In this document: positions 50,890-62,910 of the stretch, one piece after another
Layout of the letters: every line of letters starts with the position of its first letter
Position numbering within the stretch: position 1 is the stretch's first letter
Source: Histomonas meleagridis 2922-C6/04-290x
Taxonomy: Eukaryota; Protista; Parabasalia
Reading direction: 5' to 3'
NCBI GenBank assembly: GCA_020184695.1
Contig: JAANOX010000258.1
Span: 496,001-560,000, forward strand
DNA: 64,000 bases
Notes under the pieces: model-generated
The model's input: the letters and a program-made list of their open reading frames with translations, nothing else
What the model was told of the DNA's origin: nothing
Databases searched by the model: none
Translations under genes and position numbers: made by a program

Positions 50890-53757
50890 TTAATCATATG
50901 ATTTCCTCTTTTTGAAATTTGAAACTACATCTAATAAATCGCCTTTTGGAGCAAGTGGACTTCCCCTTTTTATACCTATTGATGAACTTTTCTTTTTCTT
51001 TGCTTCGAGCTCTTTTTGCTTATCTAGATCTTCTTTAGCTTTTGAAAAGCTTTTTGCAAAATCACACCAAATTTGAACAAACTCACTAAACTTCATCACG
51101 TTTGGATCTTCTGCATATTTAATGCAAGTTTGATTATATTTTTCTTTAACTTCCTTAATTCCTTTTCTTGCCTCTTCCAAAATAGGCAATGCTTTGATTT
51201 CAAATTCTTTAAATTTCTTAAAAAACATATCTCCATTTTGCTCAAGTTTTTCTGCTTGAGGCATAAAATTTTGGCATTTGGTTAATATCTCTGTTATGTT
51301 TCCTAATTCCTTTGTAATTATATCAATATCGGAACGAAGGCATTCCTTCATTATTTCAAATTCTTCTAAAAACTTTACTGATTCTGGATACTTTTCATAT
51401 GCAACAGAAACAATATAATGTAATAAAGTAAAATTTTTTTGATTACTTCTTAAGTCTTTTAATTTAGATAAAGAATCTAATTTAAATCCATAAGCACCAC
51501 CTCTTGTTGTTCCGCCGTTCAAATAATTTCCTGTTTTTAAAATGATTGCTAAAATTGTATGAAAATTTTCTGATTTTTCTAAGATATCTAATGCACATAT
51601 GAATGATTTTAAAGGTGGTATAATTTCACTTACTTGTGAATCAAATGTTTTTTGAAATCTCATTAATTCTAAATGTAAAGAAATATTATCAACATTTAAA
51701 AGTGTATGGAAAAATTGTTCACATTTTCCTAAAAGAGATTTATCTCCTTTAAAGTTTGAAATTGTTTTAACTTCTTCTGGTGTTGGTTGATAAGATATCA
51801 TTCCTTCAAGTTGATCTTCAGTGAATACATCATCAAGAAATAATATATGTTGAACAATTTCTTCATGCGTCATTTTTAATCTACTTAAAAGTATATTTAC
51901 TGATTTTGCTTTATTGGCATCAATTAATTCAATAAATGAAATTTTTGACTGTGATTCTTTTTCCAATTCTCCTGTTGACATTGTACGAATTATTTTTGGA
52001 TTAGTTGCTGAAAATAGATCAAGGAGAAGTTTTTCATTAAGAGAAATTTTGGAGTCATCAATGTTTTTCCAAATTGTAGGTTCTATCATAGAATCATTGA
52101 TTTTAGACCAAAACATTGATTTCATTTTAATGGGAGGTGGTTTATTGAGTTTAGTAACAGGAACTCCAGTTAATAATAGTGTATTACCTGGAGGAGGAGG
52201 AGGTGGTGGTGGTGGAGGGGGAGGAAGAGATAGAGGCTCTTCTAAATTAATATCTGTTGAATCTAAAGGTAAAGAATTATCTAAATCAAGTTTATTTGTG
52301 GTATTTTTTAAAGTATCTTTTATTGCTTTGACCTTTATGATCATATTATTAAGCTGGCCAATTGGTAAGTTTGTTGATGCTAAAATTTTTTCTTTATTAT
52401 GTTTAAAAATATTGTTAGTTATGCGTTCAAACTCATACTTTTTTCCCTTGATATTATTAATTTTTGTAATGAGTTCATTGTAGTTTTCATTTATTACCTT
52501 AATTTTACTTTGTGGAATTATTGAAGAAGATAACTCTATGAGATAATTATCATTTTTAAATTGATTTACATCAATGAAATGAGTTAAATTATATAATTGG
52601 AGTTTAATATCTGTTAGTTTTATATATCCTTTTTCAAAAAGGTAATTAGATAATAATTTATCTTGACTTAATGCAAGCAGAGCACAATTTTCTAATGTGA
52701 TTTGTTCTTTTTTGAATAAGAAATGACGATATATGAATAAGAAATTAGATAAAAAGTTTTGAAGTTGTTCGTTTCGTTCTGGAAATCTACTTGTAATATC
52801 AACAAGATATAAATTTATTGATTTTATTTTTAACTTATCTGCGTTTTTTAATAAATATTTCGAAGTCGATTTTGAACTTAAAGGATTGAATTTTCCTTTA
52901 ATAAATGGGAAACTTTCTTTAAACATGTTTGTCTCTTTTTTAAATTTATAAATAAATTCTTTTTTCATATCCTGAACAATTTCATCATTCCAAGTCTTAA
53001 CATATTTTATTGCTTTTAAAACTCCAAATTGTTTTAACATAAATATATAATTTAATCTATTCCCTGATGCTAGAACAGATTCAATAAAAAAAATTATCTG
53101 CCTAAATACAATTGGTGAAAGAGTATTTTGACAATGAAACATAATGCTTTGAAAAATTAATGTGTTTGAATCTGATATCATTCTTTTATAATATTTGGAA
53201 TGACTTGGATATAATGAAAGAATTTCAATCATAATCCCAAATAAATAAGGTTCTTCAATTGCTATTGTCTTTAAAATTATATGAAAAAATCTCTTGTTCT
53301 TCAATAACTCTTCTCTTCCTTTATGGATTTTTGAAATAACTTGAAAACATTGAAGAATTACATAAAGACATTGTTGATCATTCAATAAATTCATTGTTAA
53401 AAAATATTTAACCAGAAATTCAAACCCAATCTGTATAAATTTTTCTAACCATGAAACGACACCTGTTTCCAAAAGTAGTTTTAACAATTGGAATGAAGCC
53501 ATATAAGGTGTGGATTCAATAAACTTAATTAAACACTCTGGAGATGGAATTCTAGAATTAATATATGCTTGATCCTTCAGGCACATTTGTTTTAATTCAA
53601 ATGAGTAACTTGATAATTTTTCAATTGCTTTATTAGAGATATTCAAATCATGAATGAATAAGTCAAATTTCTCATTTATTTCGTAATCATCTTCAGAAGT
53701 TAAATGATATTTCGGTATAAATGGAACAAAGTCTTGTTGTGGAATAAAGGATATCAT
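50890..53757 (-). CDS. Formin (FH1-FH2, N-terminal GBD/FH3-like region)
   Basis: Polyproline FH1, KMKSMFWSKI, IW..ID, KAKSVNILL, GNYLNGGTTRGGAYGFKLDSLSKL, TLLHYIV. Confidence 0.95.
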   Translation of the reverse strand: MISFIPQQDFVPFIPKYHLTSEDDYEINEKFDLFIHDLNISNKAIEKLSSYSFELKQMCLKDQAYINSRIPSPECLIKFIESTPYMASFQLLKLLLETGVVSWLEKFIQIGFEFLVKYFLTMNLLNDQQCLYVILQCFQVISKIHKGREELLKNKRFFHIILKTIAIEEPYLFGIMIEILSLYPSHSKYYKRMISDSNTLIFQSIMFHCQNTLSPIVFRQIIFFIESVLASGNRLNYIFMLKQFGVLKAIKYVKTWNDEIVQDMKKEFIYKFKKETNMFKESFPFIKGKFNPLSSKSTSKYLLKNADKLKIKSINLYLVDITSRFPERNEQLQNFLSNFLFIYRHFLFKKEQITLENCALLALSQDKLLSNYLFEKGYIKLTDIKLQLYNLTHFIDVNQFKNDNYLIELSSSIIPQSKIKVINENYNELITKINNIKGKKYEFERITNNIFKHNKEKILASTNLPIGQLNNMIIKVKAIKDTLKNTTNKLDLDNSLPLDSTDINLEEPLSLPPPPPPPPPPPPGNTLLLTGVPVTKLNKPPPIKMKSMFWSKINDSMIEPTIWKNIDDSKISLNEKLLLDLFSATNPKIIRTMSTGELEKESQSKISFIELIDANKAKSVNILLSRLKMTHEEIVQHILFLDDVFTEDQLEGMISYQPTPEEVKTISNFKGDKSLLGKCEQFFHTLLNVDNISLHLELMRFQKTFDSQVSEIIPPLKSFICALDILEKSENFHTILAIILKTGNYLNGGTTRGGAYGFKLDSLSKLKDLRSNQKNFTLLHYIVSVAYEKYPESVKFLEEFEIMKECLRSDIDIITKELGNITEILTKCQNFMPQAEKLEQNGDMFFKKFKEFEIKALPILEEARKGIKEVKEKYNQTCIKYAEDPNVMKFSEFVQIWCDFAKSFSKAKEDLDKQKELEAKKKKSSSIGIKRGSPLAPKGDLLDVVSNFKKRKSYD

Positions 53758-54147
53758 AAAAGAATTAAAAAAGTTGATTTCATTACTATAAATCCCAAAA
53801 TGCTTTATTGAATAGCATAAAATTCTTTAAACCACAATATCTTGAAACAACATTAATAAAATTAATTTTTTTGAATAAACAATATAATATACATAAAATA
53901 TATGAAAAGCTTTACATTAATATTCATATTATATGCATATTATAATAAGATATTTATATTTTGTTTAACTTAAGAATTGATATTTACAATTTTCAAAGAG
54001 AAAACCATAAAAATGCTTTTGTTTATGAATTTGATCTGGAATTTATTTGCAAACCATCATCATAATTCAATGTGTTTACCTCATTACATTTCTCACTTTA
54101 TTACATAAAAGAAAAGTAAAAAGAATAAACATCAAACAACTTTTATA

Positions 54148-56013
54148 TTAATCCATATATTTCGGTATAGTTCTTTTGTTACCCGACTGTGGTGTAACAA
54201 AATCATTTTCCACATTTTTATTTTTTGTTGGCGTTTCACTTTCTGTTTGATTTCTTTCTTCTGATGTTTCTCTTATTTCTTTAATTTTATCAAATTTTAA
54301 CCATCCATCAAATGTACCATTTTCATCAATGAATTCATTCGTATATTTTATTGTTAAACAAGAAGAACTATTTAATGCATTTAGCTTAGAGAACACAATT
54401 TCAAACAAATCACATGACAAATTTATTTTATTTCCAATTATTTCACAGTTTTTTACAATTGATATTTGTTTCGATGAAATCGAAACATTTTTCCATTCAT
54501 TATTACCTGCAAATGAAACTATATCATTTGCATCGATTTTAAAAGAACCATTAAAATAATTATTAGAGACAATTTTTTGACATTTTATAATATCTTTTGT
54601 ATTATTAATAGATATAATTCCACTATTTAATATTATTGGAATTAAATAAGAATATTGTTCAACGCGACCGTTAACCACAAGTTTGCCACTTTTGTTTACA
54701 ACGAGTAAATCACCGAATTTAATTTGACTATTTTTAGATGAAGAAAATTGTGATTTCGATGATATGCTTAAACTTCGAATAATAATATTACCAGCATTTG
54801 AAAAGTTCCCAATATTTAAAAGAAATGCACCTTGAATTATCATAGATTTTGTATTCGTAAAAATTGGAATTAATTTTTCATTAAAAATAATTGTTTCGAA
54901 CCAAAAGTTATTAAATTTCAAAATTCCGCTGTTTTTTCCAATTGTTTTTCTTCCATTTCGAGGAATGAAATACATTTGGGTTAAGTCAGTAACATTAACA
55001 TTTGTTTTAGAATCAAATGTAATTGTTTCGGTTTCAATTATCATTTTTTCCGATTTAATTTTCGATGAAATTGAAACTGATTTCGATTTAATGAAAACAT
55101 TTGTTATTATATTTTCTTCTTTTGTTGCTAAATTAATTTTTGGGCTTTGAAGTACTAATGTATTAACATTAAAAATTGATGAAATTGTTAATGATTCTTT
55201 GGAATATATAAAAGAAAAATTAGAATTAAAAGTCGATTTTGTAATGGAACATTCATTGGATATAAGAACTGAATTTCCATTGACTTCATTTCGAATGTTG
55301 ATTTCGTTGGATTGAAGTAAACATGAATTATTGATTTGTATCTTTTCGTTAATTGTTATAAATTCATTTGAAATCAAGTGAAGTGAATCACATTGAAGTT
55401 TTGCATCAATTGTAAGATTTTCCGATATTATCCGGAGTTGATTTAAATTGCTGGTGATTTTGTCGATTATAAGACTTGAATAGGATTCAATTGTTAATGA
55501 TTTTTTTGTGGTGTGGATTTGGATATGAATTGAATCATCGATAATTTGGAAAATTACACCATCACAATCAACAGCATGATCAGATTGAAGTGAGATGTCC
55601 TTGTTATTATGTGATATTATTTGAGTTTGAAAGTTAATAACGTAAAAATTGGAATTTATGAAATCTAAATTTTGTGTGTTTCTCTCTACGCTATGGTTTA
55701 AATCTGTAAAGAATGTTTCCGCTTTTTTGATATGTGACTGACGATCAATCTCTATCCCAAATAAATTTGAAGTTTCAAGTAGAGAGCCTGGAAGAAGATC
55801 ACTTGGTTCCTGATCTTGGCTTTGAAGAAAAATAAAAGGATTGAAAGAAATTAAAGGAATTTTAAAAAGAAATTCAAGAAATGAAGTTGAACTTGGCTTA
55901 AAAACTTGTGATGTTGCTTTTTCATTAACTCCTTCATCTGATATTAATAAAGGAGGAGGCACTGGTCCCTTTGGCTCAAGACAATCTTCACCAAGTGGAG
56001 AATTTCTTTTCAT
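54148..56013 (-). CDS. Hypothetical beta-strand-rich (beta-solenoid-like) protein
   Basis: Intact 621-aa ORF rich in I/S/N with short alternating strands; no family recognised. Confidence 0.7.
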   Translation of the reverse strand: MKRNSPLGEDCLEPKGPVPPPLLISDEGVNEKATSQVFKPSSTSFLEFLFKIPLISFNPFIFLQSQDQEPSDLLPGSLLETSNLFGIEIDRQSHIKKAETFFTDLNHSVERNTQNLDFINSNFYVINFQTQIISHNNKDISLQSDHAVDCDGVIFQIIDDSIHIQIHTTKKSLTIESYSSLIIDKITSNLNQLRIISENLTIDAKLQCDSLHLISNEFITINEKIQINNSCLLQSNEINIRNEVNGNSVLISNECSITKSTFNSNFSFIYSKESLTISSIFNVNTLVLQSPKINLATKEENIITNVFIKSKSVSISSKIKSEKMIIETETITFDSKTNVNVTDLTQMYFIPRNGRKTIGKNSGILKFNNFWFETIIFNEKLIPIFTNTKSMIIQGAFLLNIGNFSNAGNIIIRSLSISSKSQFSSSKNSQIKFGDLLVVNKSGKLVVNGRVEQYSYLIPIILNSGIISINNTKDIIKCQKIVSNNYFNGSFKIDANDIVSFAGNNEWKNVSISSKQISIVKNCEIIGNKINLSCDLFEIVFSKLNALNSSSCLTIKYTNEFIDENGTFDGWLKFDKIKEIRETSEERNQTESETPTKNKNVENDFVTPQSGNKRTIPKYMD

Positions 56014-56094
56014 AAGTAAACGGCCTCCTTGCGCGTTGTAATTGTTTGAATTTTTGACAGTGTCTGTTCGCTTGGGTTTTGGTCAAGCAAAAAA

Positions 56095-57219
56095 ATGGGA
56101 AGACATAGAACTGCACGCGCAAAAGAAAAACTTATAAGGAATCCACGTCGAAAGTTAAGTGGCAAGCGTAACAGGGATTTAAAACTTAAAAGGAAGAGGA
56201 AGGATTTCTTTTCTAAAGTTGCCGAAAGAGCACGTGATCACCAAGAATACCTCAAAAAAACATATCCAACATTATTCCCTTCACCAAAAGAAATGGTTCA
56301 TGTCAAGAAACTTCCGAACCAAACTTTTCTTGATCGTGTTATGGCTGCTCAAACCTCATATGACTCATTACTCAAAGCAATAGAAAATTCTCAATGTGTG
56401 ATCGAAATTGTTGATGCACGTGATCCTTATTCATTCAGGTTTTTGGACCTCGAAGGCGAACTTTCCCATAATGGAACCTCTTTAATCATATTAATCAATA
56501 AGATAGATTTAGTTCCAGCACAAGAAATCTCAGGTTGGATTGCTTTCTTATCAAAGACTGCACCAACAATAGCAACTTCCTTAGAAAAGCTTCCAACAGA
56601 ATCAGCTGAATTAGTTAAACAGACAATCACAGCAGTTGCTCCAAATGCTACACAAATTGCTGTTGTTGGCGCTCCTGGCACCGGCAAAACTACACTATGT
56701 AATTTAGTTGGTCAGCCTCTTCTCGATACAGATAAATGGCAATGGACAAATTGTGGAAACTCACTTGCACTAACAAACTCAGTTCCATGGAAGGGTCGAA
56801 TCCGAGAACTTGCTGTTGATACTCTTGAAAGAGTTGATGGTGAAAACATATGCAATCTGATGGGAATCAAAATGGAAAATACACCAGGAAACCTACTCGT
56901 TTCTTATGCACATAAAATCGGTGTTTCGAAACAGGAAGTCCCAGAGAAGTTTGTCGAGAAGTTTACAAGTGGCGAATGGAAATGGTTTGCAAAACCACCT
57001 ATCATTGAAGAAGAGTTCAACATATCTGAAATGCAATCACATGTTCTGGGTGCTTGCAGTGGGGAAGATGTTAATTCTTTCATTGCACTTGGACAAGGAG
57101 CACCTGTATCAATTGATATAAAGGCTGTATCTTTCCAGCTTCCAGAAGAATTGATCCAAGAAGTTGAAAATATTAGCGATCTTGAAGGAGAGGAAGAGGA
57201 AGAAACAGCTGAAGAATAA
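56095..57219 (+). CDS. Circularly permuted GTPase, GNL3/Nug1-like, divergent
   Basis: Basic N-terminus, VIEIVDARDP, LINKIDLVP (G4) before VVGAPGTGKTT (G1), acidic tail. Confidence 0.75.
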   Translation: MGRHRTARAKEKLIRNPRRKLSGKRNRDLKLKRKRKDFFSKVAERARDHQEYLKKTYPTLFPSPKEMVHVKKLPNQTFLDRVMAAQTSYDSLLKAIENSQCVIEIVDARDPYSFRFLDLEGELSHNGTSLIILINKIDLVPAQEISGWIAFLSKTAPTIATSLEKLPTESAELVKQTITAVAPNATQIAVVGAPGTGKTTLCNLVGQPLLDTDKWQWTNCGNSLALTNSVPWKGRIRELAVDTLERVDGENICNLMGIKMENTPGNLLVSYAHKIGVSKQEVPEKFVEKFTSGEWKWFAKPPIIEEEFNISEMQSHVLGACSGEDVNSFIALGQGAPVSIDIKAVSFQLPEELIQEVENISDLEGEEEEETAEE

Positions 57220-57330
57220 ATAGAAAACAAAATTTTCACTTTTTTATTGGGCTTGAAACCGTTTGTATCCATATCACGACCGTTAAAATCAATAACGATA
57301 AAAACTGCCGACCATTGCTTGATCATCAAA

Positions 57331-57756
57331 ATGAGTTCTAATGTGCCATCAATTCGCCAAATAATGAAAATGAAAGGAAACGACACTTGCGCGGATTGTG
57401 GTAAAAGGAATCCAACATGGGCAAGCACAAACTTAGGTATATTTATTTGCATTAAATGCTCTGGAATTCACAGATCTTTAGGAACAAATATATCAAAAGT
57501 TCATTCATGCTCGTTGGACACATGGACAAAGGAGCAATTATTGTCAATGTATAAAAACGGAAATATAAAATCAAATAATTATTATGAAGCAAGACTTGAC
57601 CCAGATTTTAAACGCCCTTCATGGGATAATGGCGACGATGTAGGAAGCTTTATAAAAGATAAATATATAAACAAAAAGTGGGTGAAGAAAAATAATCAGC
57701 CAATCTACTTTCCCCCAGTACAAATTCCAACTTTTGACCTTCTTCCCCTGTCATAA
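57331..57756 (+). CDS. Small ArfGAP
   Basis: GNDTCADCG...[33 protein letters not shown]. Probable start is 57331. Confidence 0.95.
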   Translation: MSSNVPSIRQIMKMKGNDTCADCGKRNPTWASTNLGIFICIKCSGIHRSLGTNISKVHSCSLDTWTKEQLLSMYKNGNIKSNNYYEARLDPDFKRPSWDNGDDVGSFIKDKYINKKWVKKNNQPIYFPPVQIPTFDLLPLS

Positions 57757-58124
57757 TTAAATGTATATGTTTGTGCGTAAACGATTGTTAAAAAAGTTTA
57801 ATATATTCATTCATTTGTATGTGATTAGATAATGCGATAATATTTATCATTCCAAAATAAATGCTTTTCACAAGGTATTAAAAAGTATTTTTTTTGACAA
57901 TATGTTTTTTATATCCGTTTTCTTATTAGATCGAATAATGTTGAATATTTATATATCATATCTAATATAATTCTCACAAAACACATCTGAAATCAACAAT
58001 GGAATTACAATTATCATCTCTTATTTATATATCTTAATTGATGCATCAATACATTTATCTTTAAAATACAAATTAATGTTATTGTAGATTAATAAAGGTA
58101 CTTAAGAATTGTGATGCATTATGT

Positions 58125-59907
58125 TTATTGAAGTTGGTATTTGACAAGGTTAGCATAAAAACCATTTCTTGCCATTAGTTCTTGATGTGTTCCTTCTTCA
58201 ATTACTTGTCCATCTTTAAAGAGTAAAATTTTGTCTGCATTCATAACTGTTGCTAATCTATGAGCTACCAAAATCACTGTTCTATCATTTCTAAACTTTT
58301 CAAGAGATTCATGTATTAATCTTTCACTTTCAGTATCAAGTGCAGATGTAGCTTCATCCAACAATAATATTGGTGAATTAGCTAAAATTGCTCTTGATAT
58401 ACAAATTCTTTGTTTTTGTCCACCACTTAAACTCGTTTGGTGAACAATTGATTGATAACCATCTGGTAATTGTGTTATGAAATCATGTGCGTTACCAATT
58501 TGAGCTGCTTTAATAACCTCGTCCATATTTGCATCTTCTTTTGAATATTGGATGTTATCTAAAATTGAAGTTGAAAAAAGTACAGGTGTTTGAGGAACTG
58601 TTGAAATATAAGATCGAAGATTAACAGCTGATATTTTAGATATATCTTGATTGTCAATTAATATTTGTCCACTTTCAATTTCGTAAAATCGTTGAAGCAA
58701 TTGAAGTGTTTTCGATTTACCACATCCACTTTCACCAACAAATGCAACTGTTTGTCCTTGATTAATTACAAAACTAAGATTTTGAACAGCATATTTTTCT
58801 GAGTTTTGATATTTGAAATAAACATTTCGAAATTCAATTTTTCCTTTGACATTTTTAAGTTCCCCACCTTCTTTACGATCAACTTCAGGTTTCATCTCAA
58901 TAAGTTCAATGATTTTTTGAGCTGATACTGCTGATTTGTTCATATCATTGGAAATTGATATTGCTTGTGTTAAACCATCAACAGCCATAATCATTGGAAA
59001 AAAAAACAATAAAAACATCACCACTATGGTACCCATAATATGGCTTGTGAATTGCTAAATCTCCACCATAATAACAAATAGCTGCAACCATTAAATTTGA
59101 AAGTATGTAAATAATTCCATCTTTTGTTCCTTGAGTAAGACTTGTTTTCAAACATACATTATCAACAGTATCTAATTGCTTTTTATAATTTGCTGCTTCG
59201 TAAAGTTCATTATCGAATGATTTTATGGTTCTAAATGATGTAATTGCTTCTTCTGCTTTATTATTTGCTGCTGATAAACATTCATTATACTTAAACCAAA
59301 TGTTTTCAATTATTTTATCACCTATAATATAAATTATAAGACATAACAAAATAACTATTCCACCAGGAAGAGCAAGCCTCCAACATTTGATAAAAGCAAC
59401 AATTATTCCTGCAATGGATTCACCAGTTTTTTGAACAGAATTAAGTAATTTTTGATAATAAGTTTCCTGCATCATTGTAATTTCTTGAGATAATTTTCCA
59501 ATGAGAACACCTGTAGGAGTTCGATCAAAGAAATCAATTCCTTGTTCAATCAAATTACAATAAATTCTTTCTCTTAAATCTCTCGGAAATGTTGAGTTAC
59601 ACCAAATTCTAATTGCATATGAAATAACTGATGCTAAAAACATTCCAATAACATAATATATCATATTTAAAACAACAGGAATGAAATCACCAAAAAAATT
59701 TTCACTAGAAAAAACATCAACCATATCTCCGAGTAAAATTGTCATTATAACTGGTAATGCTCCAACAACAAAATGCAATATTATGGTCAATACAACTGCC
59801 CATTTATTTTTGATATAGCTCATAATTTTGAAGTATTCTCCTCCTTTTCTACTGTTCTGATTTCCTTCCAATGGTTTTTCCATATAATAGTGATGTGTAA
59901 ATTCCAA
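58125..59907 (-). CDS. ABCB (MDR/TAP-type) half transporter, TMD-NBD, with one frameshift in a T-run near 59000
   Basis: TMD ORF 58978-59907 plus NBD ORF with GESGCGKS, LSGGQKQR and LLLDEATSALD. Removing one T from the run at about 58998-59006 joins them (VFFPMIMAVDG). Confidence 0.9.
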
Positions 59908-60090
59908 AAATTTTCGTACAATTTCTCACACAATTTTTCATGAAGAAAGTTTTTGGGTTAAGCTTGTGATTTCAATACTTAAAGCAGTTTTTGATTGAAA
60001 TTTGACGACCAATTTTTGAAATTTACATTGAAATATTCAATAGTCGTTCCACAGAAATGTTGGGCCTTGTTCAGATCACATCACATTTTA

Positions 60091-61945
60091 ATGGATTTTG
60101 AAGATTCTCAACATCAAAGGCCCACAGAAGAGTCAAACATGGATGCAAATCAACAAGGCGGACCAAATGATTTTGATGTGAAACAACTTTTTGAGACAAG
60201 AGTTAGATTATATAAAATGTTATTTAAATATCCCAAAGCATTACTTGGAATAATTCCTTCACTTGTTGTTGGTGCGATCCCTATTATGACATTTTTATTT
60301 GTTGGAAGAATAATTAAAGTTATTAGTGATTTTGAATCATCTCAAATTTATGATTATAATGAAATCAAAAACAATGCGCTTTATTTAACAATCATTGCAA
60401 TAATTACAGGGATTTGTAAATTTCTTGATGAATTTTTATGGCCGAAAGTTGGTTCAGAATTTACGAATAATTTGAAATCAAATGTTTTTGAAAAAATTAT
60501 GAAGAGTGATATTTCATTCTTTGATCAAAGTTCTATTGGTGATATGTTAACATTGCTTGGTCAAGAAACTGAATTTGTTCAAGCTACATTTGGACAAACG
60601 AAAGGAAAAGAACTTCAATATATAGGTCAATTTTTGTTGGGAATTATTCTTTCATACTTTTATTGTTGGAAAATTGCTTTAATTGCAACCTGTACATTAC
60701 CATATTTTATAATTTTAATCATTGTTTTTGGAATGTTAATGGGTCAGCATTATAATCTTCTTTATATGTACACTGGAATATCAATTACTATTGCAGATGA
60801 GACATTATCATCAATTCGAACAGTTCGTGGATTTAATCATGAAGAATCAGAATGTAAAAGATTCATGGATGCAACAAAAATGGCTGTTAAAGAAGATCAA
60901 AAATCAGGATTTTTCCTGTTTTGTTTAAATACTTTGATTGATTTAAGTGTTTGGATCGTTGTTATTGGTAATATGTATTATGGTGCTCAATTAGTTGACA
61001 AAGGAGAAATTATATCAAGTGATTTAATATCACTTTTCGGTTTTATATTTTTTGGTTTTATGGGAATTATAATGTTTCAAATGCTTTTCCAAGAAGAAGA
61101 CCGTGCATTAATTTCAGGAATGCTTCTTTTTGCTATTTTAGATCAAGAACCATCTATTCCATTTGATGGAGGTGATATAATTGAAAACTTTAAAGGACAC
61201 ATTGAATTTAAGGATGTTTCATTTAAATATCCATCTCGTGATGTTCATGTATTAAAAAATGTTTCTTTCGAAATTAAACCTGGAGAAATGGGAGCTCTTG
61301 TAGGTCATTCAGGATCAGGAAAATCGACTTGTATTCAACTCTTAGAAAGATTTTATGATGCTACAGATGGTAAAATTTTACTTGATGGTAAAGATATTAA
61401 AACACTTGATCCACATTGGCTCCATCAAAAAATTAGTCTTGTATCACAAGAGCCAATACTATTTCAATTATCTGTTGAAGATAATATTAAATATGGCAAA
61501 AAGAGATGCAACAAAAGAAATGGTTATTAAAGCAGCTAAAAAATCAAATGCTTTAAACTTTATTGAAAAATTAGAAGGCAAATTTAATTATTTTGTTGGA
61601 GAAAAAGGTGATTCTGTTAGTGGTGGTCAAAGACAAAGAATTGCAATTGCACGTGCATTAATTAGAGATCCTGTTATTTTATTAACTGATGAAGCAACAT
61701 CTGCTCTTGATGCAGAAAGCGAAAAAAAGGTTCAATTAGCCCTCAATAAAGTCATGAAAAATCGAACATCTGTTGTTGTTGCTCATCGATTAAGCACAAT
61801 TCAGAATGCAAATATCATTTATTTATTTGATTCAGGAGAAATAAGAGAAAAAGGTACACATTCTTCTTTGATCAAGAAAAAAGGATATTACTATGAACTT
61901 GTTAAAATGCAAATGAAAGAAGAACATCGGAAAATGAACAAATAA
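60091..61945 (+). CDS. ABCB (MDR/TAP-type) half transporter, TMD-NBD, with one frameshift in an A-run near 61500
   Basis: GHSGSGKS, VSGGQRQR, LLTDEATSALD. Removing one A from GGC AAA AAG AGA TGC gives KYGKRDATKEM. An Inr-like TCACAT lies just upstream of the ATG at 60091. Confidence 0.9.
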
Positions 61946-62616
61946 ATTTATGTGCTCTCTTGGAATCAATAAACAGCAGAATTACATTAATATTTTATTT
62001 TAAAATATTTTACGTATAATAAGCTTATGATCAAATTATATAATAATGAAATAACAAATAAAACTAATAATTTTATGATATGTATCTTTTTTCGAAGCTA
62101 TAATCTAAAAATACATTCAAACAATTAATTATTTACATTAATACATGAAAATTTAACTTTTTATAAATTTATATAAATAAGAATTGAAGGACATTAACAT
62201 CAATATATATATATACATTCTTAAAACTATTATCATAATAATTTATCTTTTCTTTAACTCATTCATAAGAAATTCGTCAACACGATTTTTGACGGTTTCA
62301 TTTTCACAGTAATTTTTATTTTTGATCTGTTCTAATTAAATTTTCCAATTCATCATTTCTCATTGATAAAAATCTTGATATTATATTATATAAGAAATGG
62401 CTTGGATTACTTTCTATATTTTTATCTATAATTTTTTTGATGTGTGAAACTTCTTTATCAATATATTTCATAGCTTCATCTTTTATATATATATATATTT
62501 TGGATATTTAAATTTGCATCAAGATAATTCTTAATTTCGCTTTTAAGAGATTTGCCTCTGAAATATTTAAAATTAATTCTGTTTTCACATTTTTTCTAAT
62601 TTGAAGATATCATCTG

Positions 62617-62910
62617 CTAATTTGGATTATTTGTAACTTTTAGTTTTTGTTGTTCAACTTCTTTTTCAGTGAAGACGTCAATAATTTTTAACAAAATTAT
62701 CCTTTGTGAATTAGTATCTTCTTTTGATGCAGTTGTCAATGTCAATCGAATGAAATCCTTTAGCGCAGTGATTTCTTGATATTTTGCAATGTTTCGAAGT
62801 TTTAAACTTTCATTATTTTCTTCGATTTCACTGGTTATAAAAACGAAGTATTGTTTTTGCTTTATTTGAAACAATTTGATAAATTTCATTAAAACTTTGA
62901 ACATTATCAT
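62617..62910 (-). pseudogene. Fragment of a decayed gene in a degenerate AT-rich region
   Basis: The 97-aa helical ORF (LRNIAKYQEITALKDFIRLTL) is flanked by coding-like but stop-ridden sequence. Confidence 0.3.

Noticed and set aside
51914-52483. 189-aa antisense ORF with a poly-Gly tract, and similar antisense ORFs (56904-57452, 40356-40649, 9394-9735, 32342-32542)
   Set aside because: These are shadows of well-supported genes; the poly-Gly is the complement of the formin polyproline codons.
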